Below are positions 40,413-53,717 of a DNA stretch of 64,000 nt, piece after piece (position 1 is the stretch's first letter; the number at the start of each line of letters is the position of its first letter). This DNA comes from Marsupella aquatica. Taxonomy: Eukaryota > Plantae > Marchantiophyta. Both the position numbers and the translations under genes were made by a program. The stretch covers positions 12,168,359 to 12,232,358 of the forward strand of contig OZ316893.1 in assembly GCA_973895155.1 (NCBI GenBank). Reading direction: 5' to 3'. The notes under the pieces were generated by a model. It did not search any database. It was not told the DNA's origin and saw only the letters and a program-made list of their open reading frames with translations.

Positions 40413-43400
40413 AAGAGGGAGAAGAAATCAGATCCCCATATCTGACCTCTGATTGAACATCCAGCGCACCCCAAATGCGCTGCTCTTCTACCCATTGACG
40501 ACAGCCGACTATGCAAATCAATTGCTCGATCGGTAACGTACTAGGAAAGGAAAACGACGCAGCTAACCCTCTGTTCCCCTTTCCCGAGTATGCTTGCAGC
40601 AGAAAGAAAAACTTCACGAACCACCCTAGGGATCATCATGGTAGTAAGGAAGTTGAGTCTCGAGAAAAGTAACCCTTCATGCATCATCAACGCATCCGTG
40701 GAGCATCCGTTGGTAACGTCACCAAATATCCATTTCCGAAGTTTCTTGCAGACAACACATTTCAGAGACCACTCCATCCTCGAGAAAAAAATGAATGCGT
40801 CTTCCATATGATCCGTCCGAGACTCTCGTCTACAATCCTAATTCACACTTGGACAGCACCCGTAACTCACACATCAAGATCCAACCACAAGCTGGGGAGC
40901 ACATCCACTGGATGACAAACCAACTGATCGAGAAAAATCGGCGTGCACAACTCACCCTTTTCTCCGGTTCTTCTCTAGATCAAATCCTTCCTATCTTTCG
41001 TTCCTTCGTTCCTTCGTTCCTCCCTCCGTTCCTTTCCTTCGTCACTGTCTGATGTGTCACAGAAGCTGTTTGTCTTCTTGAAAGAGAAATTCCAATAGAA
41101 TCCAGCAGAGCGAACCGTACAGATTGATCGTTCAGTACAGAAGTCCGATTCTCGAGCGTCCTTTCAATTCAGCCTTCTCTTCCGCATAACCAGCAGTAGC
41201 AGAAGCGGTCTACGTCGTCGTGTTCGTGGTCGTGGTCTGGGTCTGGAGGTATCACTATGACTTCTCTACCATCACCCTAAACTACTCATCATCAAGCAAA
41301 AGCAGAGCTCTTCCTCGCTCCTCCTCTTCCGTCACGTTCTCAAAATAAGCAATTCACAAACGAACAGCAGCAGCATCCACAATGCGCGAGAGAAAAACCC
41401 AGTTTGGATTCTGTAATCTAGATCTCCGAGACTCCTATATACTCTACAGTGTACACGTTAGCGCTTCGAAATCGATCGAAAACTCGATCGTTCCATTCTC
41501 CGAATTGGCTGTAGACGAAAGGACTCTCGTCACCGACGGAGCCAAGTGTCACTGACCAGATCTGCAGGTGCCACGCAACCCCACCAGGATTTCTTTCTGG
41601 CCTGCGATTGGACGGAGGGAAGGTGTCACTCGACCCCGATTGGGTCCGATCAAGGGGTCGATGGTGACTCATCGCTGGCAGGCTCTGCCTGGGTCGCGGG
41701 CAGTGGTGGACCAGGGCGTGTCGGATGTGCAGGCGTGTCTTGGCAAAAGGACTGACAGATTTGGCCCAACTTTTAATAAACTTTTTGTTTTTCGTGAACC
41801 AGGGTTAAGACTTAAGAATTTGGCAGAACCCATATGAGTCGGCAACCTGGTGAGAGTGAATGGGCGGGCAACACCTGCCCTCCAGCCTGATGGCAAACAG
41901 GCCTTTGCTTATTAGTAGAGCAATTCCCACCAGCGTATTTTTTAAGGTATTTTTTAACGTTTTTTATTTTAAGGGGGTGCTACTAATGTGAGGGAAGAGA
42001 TGTTAGGAATATTCATTGTCAATTTTTCCTGGATTACATCCTGACAATCTGATATCCTTAGATTTATGAATGACCCTTAGATTCTGGCAAGTGGAAAATG
42101 GCACACAAAAAATGTAGCGAAACAAGTGACTAACACTTTTGGGGGAGGTGGAATTTGGCTGAAATTTGCACCTGAAAATTACGCTGATTCCCACCTGTCC
42201 CTCAAGAATGCCCAGTTGCGGATCACTTTTGTGGTCAGCCCTCCCTACTCTTGGCTATTTATCCCCGCTAGCCCAATACAAGTGTGAACCCCGGGTCATG
42301 GCCCATCAGAAGTTGTCTCCCGCATGCCAGAAGTGATGCATTTTGGGGTGCAGTAGAGATTTGCCTGCCAAAGTTGGACCGCAGCAACACTCCATTCTTG
42401 AGACACCTGGATGGCCATGGCGATAAAGAAATTGGCAGAATGTAGCTGAGAGGGATACAGATTTGGGTGGGGCTCTATTCTGGACACTCTGCCAAAGGTT
42501 AGTGGGGACACCCCTCTCCTCTCCATGAAGGCCAACACTGGGCTGCAAATGAACCTTACAAAACGCACATCTACAATTATTGTAATCTTTTTGCCTTCAA
42601 TCATTGTTTCAATTCCTGGGGGAGCGAATTAATGTTCTATACTTATAGAGAATATAGAGGATTTTCAAAGGGCAGTAGATGTATTCAATGTTTGTAAGAT
42701 ATTAGGACATCTACAAGGAAAAAAAATGGATTCTGGCAGATCACTCAATAGAAATTTAAGCTTTTTTGCCTCACTGAATTCCAAAACATTTGCAAAAAAA
42801 TGAACATGTTTGGCAAAATCTTTGTTTGTTAGCAATTCAAATAGCACTACATTGTCATCATATCTGATTGTACTGACAAATGTCTAGTTGCTAGAGGGGA
42901 CTACATTTAGTTTTTCAGAGTAGCTTCAGGGTTAATAGATATGATGTCCACTACTGACTATCTAACCGAGGTGACAGCGTGGATGTAATTGATGTAGTTC
43001 AGGTTGAGACAACTCAAATTGATAACGACTGCCACTGGAGACTAGATTTAGGTTCAGGAAACTTCGGAGGAACAGATAATGACTTGTCAACTACAGAACA
43101 TCTAATAGATGTCAAGGCTTGAATGTAGTTGATTTAGATCCCGTTCACTACGACATAGTGATATACCCTGACTGCCTGTTCTTTGAAAGCATGTAGGAAG
43201 AAAACTCACCAAAATGTATAATTCAGGGAAAAACAAAGTACAATGAAAGGAAAGAAAAAGAGGGGCGAGGGACATACAAGCCCGTCGCCTGTTCATCAAT
43301 TTTTTTTACGGTCTAAAGTGACTCCCCACATGCTGCGTCATTTTTTGAGATTCACCCTGCCCCAAATCCCTGTTTCCCACCTACATCCCTAATTTCAGTT

Positions 43401-45589
43401 AGGCCCCAAGAGTCACGGCTGAGAGGTTTCATTACCTTTTCATACCTTCCTGGCCAAGAGTGACCTGGTTCATCTGGGTTGCAAGCTCAATGGGAGTGGT
43501 CCATCCTTGGATTACTTTCCTAGCCTAGACATTGAAGAGATATTTGTGTAAATTTAAAGAGTATTTATGCAATTTTGGTGACTTGTAGAGTTAATTTGAT
43601 GATTTCCCAAGATTGTTAGAGGGAGGACACGTTCGTCAAGGAGAGTGGTGTCGGAGAACCCTGTATTGGTCACATAAACTCCAGCTCAGTGGGCAGGGAT
43701 TCTTATTTTAGTGTAGTTTGGATAATCTCCCCAACTTTGGGCTTTTTGGCCTACCAATCTGATTTTTCCCTGATTTTTTCCTGATTTTTTAGCACAGCAC
43801 GTCAGACACCATTTGCTCGTTGTGATCTAATGACAAACCTACAAAGAACGATTTGTGGCAACTAGAGTCCCACACTGACATGGTTGTCATTAATGTGCAG
43901 ATAACTATTGATGGGGAAAGATTTTTTCGTTAAAGGACGACACGTTGTTCCAAGAGAGTGGTTCTGGAGGTCCGCCGATCTATCTCCCGAGTTGCTTTAT
44001 TTAAAGAGGGGAGTCATACCAACACTAATAAATGTCATTGGGGAAGAATTCAATAATCCTTTGGAAACGAGTTGGTACACTCGATTATTTAATTCTTCTT
44101 TATTGCCCCAAATCTAAATGGACGTTTGAGTTTCTTTTCACTTTCTTGTTTCTGGCTCTTTAATACAGAGTTCAAATTTGGTGGGGTATTATGAAACTTC
44201 GTAGGAAGGGGGATATGAAACTTGTACTCTACTCGCACTAACAATAGTAAAATGAAAAAACCTCGTAAGCTTTGAGTGTGAAAATGCCTCGTTGCGAGCC
44301 AATCATGGTCACAAGGTTGTGGGCTATTATGACCTGGTCACAAGGTTGTGGGCCATAACCTTATTATATTCTAAACCCTCAGGCTCTTTGGTCTTATGTT
44401 GTTTTTTCCCCTTCATTGCCTGTCTTCCATTTTGGCCATTTTTGCTCTTCTGCAGTGTTATATATAAAACTGTTGGTTACCATCAGGAGTTTGAACCAGA
44501 AGCCACAACCACAATGTATCTAAATCAATCCAATTTATTTGGAAGGCTGTAAACCCACGTCACAGCCTCCAGGAAACAGGTAGTCACAGCCTGTGCAAAG
44601 GTTTTTGCAGAAGAGCGCCTAAAAACAGTGACCCTAACCCTTCTTTTGTCCACCCTCTCAAGTGGCGGGCTTCAAGTTCCAGTAGGAGCAAGGCTTCCTC
44701 TTACCACTTCTTCACTATACATTCCACATGGAGTGTGACACCCTTAACATTGTCACCTATTCATATATACACTTCCCACTTCCAAAAGTTTTTTATGGGC
44801 AAATTTAGACTTTCAATTTCTCCCTTGAAATGCAGCAGAATAGTCACTCTGACACCCTTCATACATTCCGTTTTCACACCTGGGTTCACCTCTTCCCACT
44901 TCCAAACGTTTGTGCCAGCAAATTTTGACCTTCAATTTTAGCCTTTGATATGCAGCAGAAGACTCTATTCTTGGGCTTGTTTTAGAAGTGTTTTGGAAAG
45001 ATCTTTCCAATGAATATAATGTCGCCAAATTGGGAGAGCTATGGATTTTCAACCTTGCTTTACACACTTCCTGCTTTTGAAAGTTTTGTACTGAGAAATT
45101 TCCTGGCAAAGCCCCAAACCTTGGGTGGGTTTACAAGCATGTTTGCACAATCCCTCCCTGCCGGTGGTTCACTCTGCTAACACTGTCCTTGGAGGGTTCA
45201 CCTTATGAAGTTGTTGGATACCCAGTGCAAACTCCCCTATTAAACCATCCCCTCTCAAAAGAATAGGAAGCTCAAAAAAAATCACCAATCATGCATGAAC
45301 ATATGACATGATGAATCATGAAATGACATGAGGCAATTCTTTTTGAATGGTTACCCCCCTTATTTATCTTCTCCCTACTTCTAAATACTTCCCAAAATTC
45401 AATAAGACAGCCCTTATTTAGTTTTCCTAGAATCAATAGGACACCCCTTATTTGGTTTCCTAAAATCAATAATGTGCCCCTTATTTAGTTCTCACATGAC
45501 ATTACATTTTTGTGGAAGTGACCCCCAAACAATGTTATGCCTGCCCACAAATTCAATCCCTCGAGTGGGAACCATAAGTTCTAGTCTGC

Positions 45590-47450
45590 ACCCATTTCTT
45601 ATCCTGAGCTTGGAGGGTATTGACAATCTTGCGCGGCGCAGGTTGCACATCAGAAAGTGGAGGCAGCTTTGGACGGTGGGTGCTTCGAATTGAAGCACAA
45701 CTTTGAAAAGCTTGCTACATCTTGAACTATCTAACGGGGTGCTTGATGGAGTCTCTCGTCTGCTCGCATTTTCTGTCATGATCATGGAGGGATCTCGATC
45801 TTTCCCGGCGAAGTTTTATTTCAGGAACTAGACGCAGCTTTGGAAGGTAGGTGCTTCAAAAGCCCGTTCAGAAGCTTGCTACATCTTAAACTATCTAACG
45901 GGGTACTTGATGAAGTCAACGGATGGCAGATTTTCACTCGAGCAATAAACCCTGGAAACCTGCCGAATGGTATATCACTGCGCCTCAGCCAGAATGCATT
46001 GAATCGAAATAACTTGGAGGACTTGGTCTCCTGGATTTGGTCAAATTCTCTTGTGAACCTCGTCATGGATGGCTATTTTACATACTATTGGAGCAAGTTT
46101 GGGGCTTGGCATATGCGTCAAATAATGGCCCCGGGACTGGATTGGCATTGAAGTGGCTTGCTCTCAATGACAATCTGTTGGGGAACAGGGCGGTTGATGG
46201 TTTGTTTAACCTGGCCAACTCAGATCTGTTGCCTCAGTTGAAATAATTGTATTTGGGAATGAGCAAGGGAGTAGATTTCATAGCTTTCCAAACAAATTTG
46301 GAGAATACTCAAAGGTGCCCGCCTTGGCAGCCTGGAAGACACTCATTTGGGTAGGAAGTCCAGGAGGTGACTTAGCTGCAGAGCCATTGTACGTGCTTAC
46401 TGTGAAAATGAAGGCCTCACAATCACATTTTGAGGTTGACTGGAATCAAGTGAGTGACCGTGGATTGAAAACAAAGGTGAATGAGTACAGGGTTGGGATC
46501 ATTTGACTCAGCGGTTTGAAGAAGGATAACAAAGACCAACTTGCGGACTTAACACCCCTTACTCTTGCAGTTTTCCTTTGTGGGAACCACATTGCAAGGA
46601 GCTCTGACTCACTAGCAACTCATCCACCTAAGGGCCGTCTTGCATGTCCAAGGTCCTTTGATTTTTGGCCTCAAATGAACTCGTGGTTTCTCTAAACGAA
46701 GTGACAAGCCAGCAGTCCTGATGGCATCTTTGGAGGATATGCAAGGGCAAGGGCCGGAAAATTTCCGGCCCTTGAGGTCCCGAACTTTGAACTTTGAATA
46801 AACCAAAATGGCAGTACATCCCTGACTCAATAAGCACTTCACACATAAGGTGTTCTTGATTGTGTTTAGATCCTGGGTCCGCACTTTCTCCCGACATCTG
46901 TGGGCTGCTAAGGGTTGCATTTTTTAGGACTCTTGCACATGCAAGACAGCCCTAAGTAAGGAAGCGCAAACCAGAGGAATATAATGAAGACAACTTGAGG
47001 AGAGGAATATGATGTTGACTCTCTGGGATATAGCAGGTCAGGAGGAACATCATGTCCTGCAATCTTGCCTGGTATGTTCTTTGCTGATGTGGGATTAGCA
47101 AGCGGGAGAGCCACAATTTTTGTTCTTGACGTGAGAGAAAGTTTCACAAAAGGTGTTGATAAAGAAAAAAAACGCGGATCACAATTTAAGATGGTGTTGA
47201 TAGAAATCTTTTGGGAAATTGTTTCGTGATGTACCACATAATTATTTGTCTTGTTCCATTTTCATTGGATGTCCAGTTTATTACATGGTTTCAACAATTG
47301 AAGGACTATCTATTTGGTCAAGCTCAATCACTGGTGCAAAATGTTAGGGTGCCGAGGGTCTATTTTAAACTTCAAGAGGAGTTGAAAAGATGGCCACAAG
47401 TTGATAAGAATAGCCATCTTCCTATTATGACTTGAGAGGCTTTTGATAAG
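45590..47450 (+). pseudogene. TORNADO1-like LRR-ROC-COR (ROCO) pseudogene, 3' truncated
   Basis: RNI-type LRRs (LKSLLHLELSNGVL, LRLSQNALNRNNL, LKWLALNDNLLGNRAV); G1-like VFLCG (46570); G2 TRGI (46970); G3 LWDIAGQEEH (47021); COR-start VPRVY...PIMT*EAF (47349-47444); multiple stops and frameshifts. Confidence 0.75.
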
Positions 47451-47489
47451 CACGTCAATTTGAAGCGGAAGGAAATTCCATTAAGGGGA

Positions 47490-49640
47490 ACAATTTAAAT
47501 GCTGCAGCATTGGCCTTGACTAAGATTGGTGCAATAATTCAAATTGACCAGAAGTTTGGACAGAGCCCAAGAATAGGAGCGTAGTGGTCCTCCACCCAGA
47601 ATGGTTTTACAGAAAATTTGTGGGAGAACTGCTCCTCCCAAAAGAAATGCTGGAAAGAGGTTGCTCTGTGATAGTGAATGTTGATGGATAAATTCCCACA
47701 TACCGGTTCCAAGGCTACTTCAAGCTTGTGCTGGTAGGAGGTACTCTAAGTCATGATCATGTCTCGATGCTAGAACGAGTGGGTTTGTGTTATACGAAAG
47801 GTAACGACAAACTGTCGTATCCGGCAAGGAAGAGGAAGCCCCAATAGTTGGCTTTGAGGTTGGGCAGGGACGGGGGCCACGGGTACTAGATTTTGGGCCT
47901 TGGGTTGGGCCTGCCTTTCCTGGGCTGGGAAGACCCACCTGGCCAGGATGAGCTCGGGCTCATTGCACCGGGGAAGAGTTTGGCGATCAAAATGGGCGTA
48001 CCACTCCATGATGATTTCTATGTGGCTGGCCAAGTACGCTTTTCTCCCGAGGAAAAGGGTCTTTCTTTGTCACTCCATCTCTTCGTGGAACGTCTTGACA
48101 AAACAAAGCCCACTTCCTAGGCCGGTAATTCTCTACCTAAATTACATGGGCAGCGGATATCTCTCCCTGTGGTTCCATCATGTGGAGCGCATACCGCTGA
48201 AGCTCTAGTCGCTTTGCTACCTCCGGAATGATGCATGTCCACATAAGGAAGCCATTGTCAACCGACCCCCTTGGGTGTGAAGCTCGATGAATGGTACTTG
48301 GCTCTCTTGCCCCCTGGTGCCCGTGACTCTACCCAATCCTTTCCTTTGGGTAAGCCAAAGATGAGCTTCAACCGTGCTTTGTTTAAGGACATCGCTCGTC
48401 CTTGCGCACGGGTTTCTTGGCAAGCCTCATCAAAGTTTTGGATAAACTCCGTCATGTCCGTAGTACTTGCAAGTGTTCCAAAGAAGAGTGGAGACTAAGG
48501 TGCTCAAATCCTTGGGTCTTCAGGTAACATGCATGTTTTGGGTGGATGATGTTTTTGTGGACATTCTCCCCCATGCGATGCATGGTCAATTTGGCCACTG
48601 CGACAGTGGCTACGGATAAGCCAGCTACTGTGGCCGGCTCCTTCTGCTTCCTACCCTGAGAATGGTTATGGGGGTGACTTGTAGAGGGGGACAACTCTCC
48701 ATCTTCCCTCTCTGGTGGTGACGGTATTGCTCCCGCCGTTAATATTGGCGCCGGGGCCACAACCGTGATCGTGTTGTCCACTAGGGCTGTCTCCTGGGTT
48801 TGAGCTTGCTAGGACGGTGGCATGGTACCCACCACATGTTGATGAGTACCCGGTGGGTTGCGGACAAGGGGGGGCCTCCTCCTCATCCAAGCTCAGGTTG
48901 ACCACGTTTGCCACAAATTGCACCCGAGCAGACAGTGCGACTGGTGGTGGAGAGCTGTTTGAGGGGGCCCAGGGTGGCGTCTGCGCCTGGCCTTTCCCAA
49001 GAAGGTTGGCTGCTGGTGTTGCTGGAGGGGGGGCCATTGGGGCGGATGTCAAGCCATAGACTGAGGCCGTGCTGAATCTAGGTTGGCCGAGTGACCGTGC
49101 TTTGGCAAATATGACATCAAAATGGTGTCATTGTAAGTCGATGGTCCTGGGGATCCCGAAGACCTTTTTGGGGAGGCGGAGTATGGCTTCTCCAAAGCCG
49201 ATATACTTTTCTCCGCCGAGGAAGAATTTGCTGATCTCCTTGTCCCTACAATACTTGCTTTCAAATGGGAGCCCAAAATCAGTGATCCAGGTGGCCTAGC
49301 AGACGAGCGTCGTTCAAATGCTTCTCAACTTTGTACCTTCACGGGTTGGTCTCAACTAGCAAAATGACAAGATGGCCTCCTATCAAAAGAAACTGGTACC
49401 AAAACCGGACAACTAAACTAGATAGAATAGGACCAGACATATGGCAATGTATGTAAGGCAAGCTGGATCACTAAGTGTGGAATGAAGGAGATGGGCTCAA
49501 AGCTAGCGCGAGGAGTGAACTGGTGAAGCAAAGGCAAGGAAAGCTTGAATGTCTTTTATACCCTCGTAGTGCATCAAACGATTGGCTCCTCCTGCTTGTG
49601 ATAGGCCGAGCTTATCATGTCTAAACTTGGGGGTCTCACT
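47490..49640 (-). mobile_element. Degenerate LTR retrotransposon remnant (LTR/PBS-like end, gag, protease-like)
   Basis: On the minus strand, TG start at 49638, PBS-like TGGTACCAG at ~49401-49393, gag-like MTEFIQNFDEACQE..KLIFGLP, and protease-like VDNG...IIPEVAKRLEL (~48260). Confidence 0.5.
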
Positions 49641-52600
49641 ATATGGATGTTTACCCATCACTTGCGTCGTTTTTAGGTCTCGGACCCCCTAAAATGTAAG
49701 AAAAAATTTTATTTTTCAACCCCTATAAAGTTAAAATATTTTTGAAATATTCTAAAAATTTGGTTATAAGGACTCTAATGTTCTTATAAATCTCAAAATT
49801 TGATTTAAAAGACCCTATTGTTCTTCTCAAAAAATTCTTAAGTCTTCATTTTGAACCAATAAAATGACCCTATACTTCGTCGCACGTGATGTAACATTTT
49901 GTTGGAAGTGAAACCCCCGAGCGTCTAAAGCACACCGGTCACTCCTCTGGTCTAGGTTGGAGCATGCCAGATAGCTGCTACCGGATCAATTATACGGACC
50001 TGAGGCTGACTATCATAACGAGCTCCTAATCCGGCGGTAAGTCAGGTGTCGCGCCGCCAGCCCTAGCGTGAACCTCCATCATTACCGGCCTAATCATCAT
50101 GACTAACTAATTTTGTGTCGTTATGCTAATAACTACGGACTCCTATGTCTACTTCGTACGTACTAAATACAGATTAAGCCGTATTACTGATTACCAGCCA
50201 TGCTGGCCGTGTCACAAAAACTTACCGATGCAAGAAATGGGCAAAGGAGTGAGAAAGCCATCATTTCCCACAACTATCTCCAAGAACACCATCTGTGAGA
50301 TGCAAAGTGATGACAATCAATCAACTCACCACACTGGTAGAGAGTATGTTTCATACAAAACACACAACGTCAGAATCCAAAAATTGAAATCTTTGCTGCC
50401 TCATGTTTCAATTCCCTTCCCCTGTTTCTTTGTTCACTAACTCAACACTTTACTGATCCTGACTTGTGTGGTCTTGATCTTTTATCAAGTTTTGTTTTGT
50501 TTTGTTTTGTTTTGTTGGTTTGGTCTGTCTGGGGGTTTCTTTTGGATGATTGAGAAATCAGTTAACTTCTCCTTGTCCGACTGTTTTGCTTCTCCCTGAA
50601 GTATGTGCACATGTACTTACTTGCAGGTAGATAAATAAAGCTCCCTGTTTCCCTTCAAAAACAAAAAAATAAATCAGCCACATTAGCAAGAGAACAGGAT
50701 ACCAGAACTAGGCAGACATAGAATTCAGTCATTTTTTAGCATTAGATTGCTGGAACACTTTTTTAGCGGTCCACATTGGATATTGGCCCCAAAGTCTTGC
50801 TTTGATTGCAGCCCAGTGGTTCTCAACACCACATGACAAGCTCACCAGACAAATTCACTCTGGAGCATTTTGATTGCATAATCTGGGCAACCTGGAGGGC
50901 AAGGAGGCAGAGACTGAAGTCTGGCATCTTTCATCTGGTGGGCCGTGTCTAGCTACAGATGACCATGAGAGGGCTGCAATTCCTGTGACTCTGTTTCCGC
51001 GATTACAGGTGGAACTGGCCCAAGATTTGAATTTCGGTGGTTGTGAGGGCAGTCCGTACAGAGCAGGAAAATCCTTTGTCAATTAAGGTTGGGGAGCTTT
51101 TGATATTGATATAGTTTGATGCGGATGCTTCAGATCTCGATAACGATAGCATAACATTCTCGTGAAAACTGTGGATCCCACAACGGGGAGCTTGGCACCA
51201 GTTCAGAGTGTTTGTGAGAGAGTGCAGAAATTGCAGCGGTTTTGTTTATTTGTTTTTGCATGCTGTCCAGGGTTGAAATATGACACAATGGTCATTAAGC
51301 CCTGGACTGCCACCGAACAGACTCATACGATGGCTGAGGGCGGCTGATACCACTATGAGAGGTCAAGGTTCTTCTGCTGCAGGACCGACAATACTCAAGC
51401 TGGTGGGTTAGTGGCTATGCTGTGATCTACCTTTCGGATGCTGAAATGAAAGAGGTTCTGTAGTTCAAGAATGGGATCAAGACTGGGGCTGATTAAGGGA
51501 CAGATGATGATGATGTCTCTGATGGGGATGCTGAAGAGACTGAATGGACCGATTACTGTTAGGACTTCGAGTTTTCTAAAATCGCAGAGGACCCAGATGT
51601 CTCTCTATATGGGGTTGGCAACTGAAAACTCATATATGTCCTCACAGCAGTTGAAGAGAAAAAAGAAATAGAATGAGGTTTTGTCGGAGCTTGCTGCTGA
51701 GTGGAACGATGAGACTGGGGGGCTCTTGGCAGTAGATTCATTGCGAAAAGTCAAAGAAGTTGAGGAAGAGACTGGCTCCAATGCACTAAGTCTGGGTAAG
51801 GAGAGCACTGCTTTCGGAGCTGATCCTTAGAGGTGGCCATGACAGTCGCTCACTTCTTGATAAGGCTGTCTGACAAGGTGAAGAAAGAACTCTTGTTAAA
51901 GATTCAAGGTTACTACTCATTCGAAATGCAGAGAATGAGAAAAGCGGACCCAAGTTCCAAATTTTGATAAACACTCTCGGGATACTATACTAGTTTCAAA
52001 GATACTCTAAAAGGACCTTCCGGAAAGAGTATGGACTGCACTTTCTCTGAGTCTCAATTTGATGACGGCAAACTGCACTGGGACAAAAAGACTGACAACG
52101 GAGATCCAGGTGCCTCCGAACAACTAACAGATGTAAAAGAGAGACTGATCACGGAAGGTCATGGAAACGTTCGTACCACCCACCAACTAACAGATGAAAC
52201 ATGAAATTGATCGCTGAATGTATAGTTCGTGATCTGAATTTGGATTGGGTAAGTTTTTAGAGGGGACTAGATTAACGAGTGTTGCTCGCTGCACAAAGCA
52301 ACGCCTCAGCAGGACATCGGAATATAGCTTAACCTAGGGTGGCTAGGAATCAGAACCTTAGGTACACTTTCTCTTTCTCTGCAATGGAGAATGGGCTATG
52401 AGATTGAATCTTTAACAAGAGTTTTTTCTTGACCTCTTCGATTAGCAAGAGAATTTTAGTCAGCATGTCAGTCCCTTCAGCTTTTTCTGGCGTAGAGCAT
52501 GACACCCTACACATAGACAGCTTCACCGGAGATCCAGGTGACGTCGCAAATCGTTGTTTGATAAATACAAGAAAGAGAACAGTGGCTGGGTAATCATATT

Positions 52601-53717
52601 GGCCCGTGCAGATCACAGGGCGATTCTTACATATTTTCTCACTAAAACTTCCATCTTTCAAGTCATGCCTCGTGGAGATGAGAAGATACGAACGAATGTC
52701 CATGCACTTGCAGCTTCTCGCTGGCCCAGTGTGAACACTGCGCATTTGCAAGAAAAACCGGTGTATCGGTGTATCCCTCTTTGGCGTACTGTTAACAACC
52801 TCTACCACCGACCACCTGGTTTTAAACCTACTTTTGTTTAATAACTCACGAATGTCATTTCCCACGTTCTGTCCAAAATCTCCTTTCAAGCCAGGACAAA
52901 AATGGCGGAAAAGAGGCTAGTTTTGTCCTCTCTTTGGTGAGAGTAGAGGTTTCAGAACCACTTGTTAATTCTGCGGTCATAGGTTTGCTCAACGAAGGTC
53001 ATAGGAAGCCAACGAGAAGTGTCGACGCGAAAGAGTTTTGTTGACTCTATTTGTTAGCAACCTTGAAGACCCACCACCTGGTATTAAACCCTACGATTGT
53101 TAAGAACCACCTATTAATTCTGTGGTCATGGGTTTCCTCCTAGACGAAGGTTAGTGGAAGGAAAATCGAGAGCGACACCTGAAGAGTGTCACCAGATTGT
53201 CAGAAAATTGGGTGATGAATCAATCTTTACTTCATATCAGAACTGAGGTTCCCTCTGGCATTTCCGAACTCTGGACTACCCAGGAAAAAATTGATTACAT
53301 CTAAGACCTCTTTTATATTTTCAAAATTGCTAAATGTAACACTTTCATGATATCTAGCATGGACGCTCAGACTCATTGTTCATCAACCTACCTCACCAGA
53401 TGAGACGAGGTCAGCCAGGTAAAGACATAAAAAAGAGAATTGTGAATAGATGTGAACAAAATAGGACGACCAGCCACGTGTGATGTACAATTTGTTTTCA
53501 GGTTCACGAATCCAGCCTTTAACTATCAGAAATTGATGGTAGGAGCTGCCGACGTAGATGAAAATCTGTCCAATTTACCATCACCCGGAGAACCCACTCG
53601 AATAAAAGTTTGGGACTGCGATGAGTGGATGGAGGGAAGAATGGGAAATGCCAGCTCTCTAGCTGTTGGTGAGTTCACAGATAAAATTGGTTGCATTGCT
53701 GGTGAAGGATTAAGAAG

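Noticed and set aside
52350-52889. 179 aa minus-strand ORF
   Set aside because: Non-ATG start and no recognisable motifs; insufficient support
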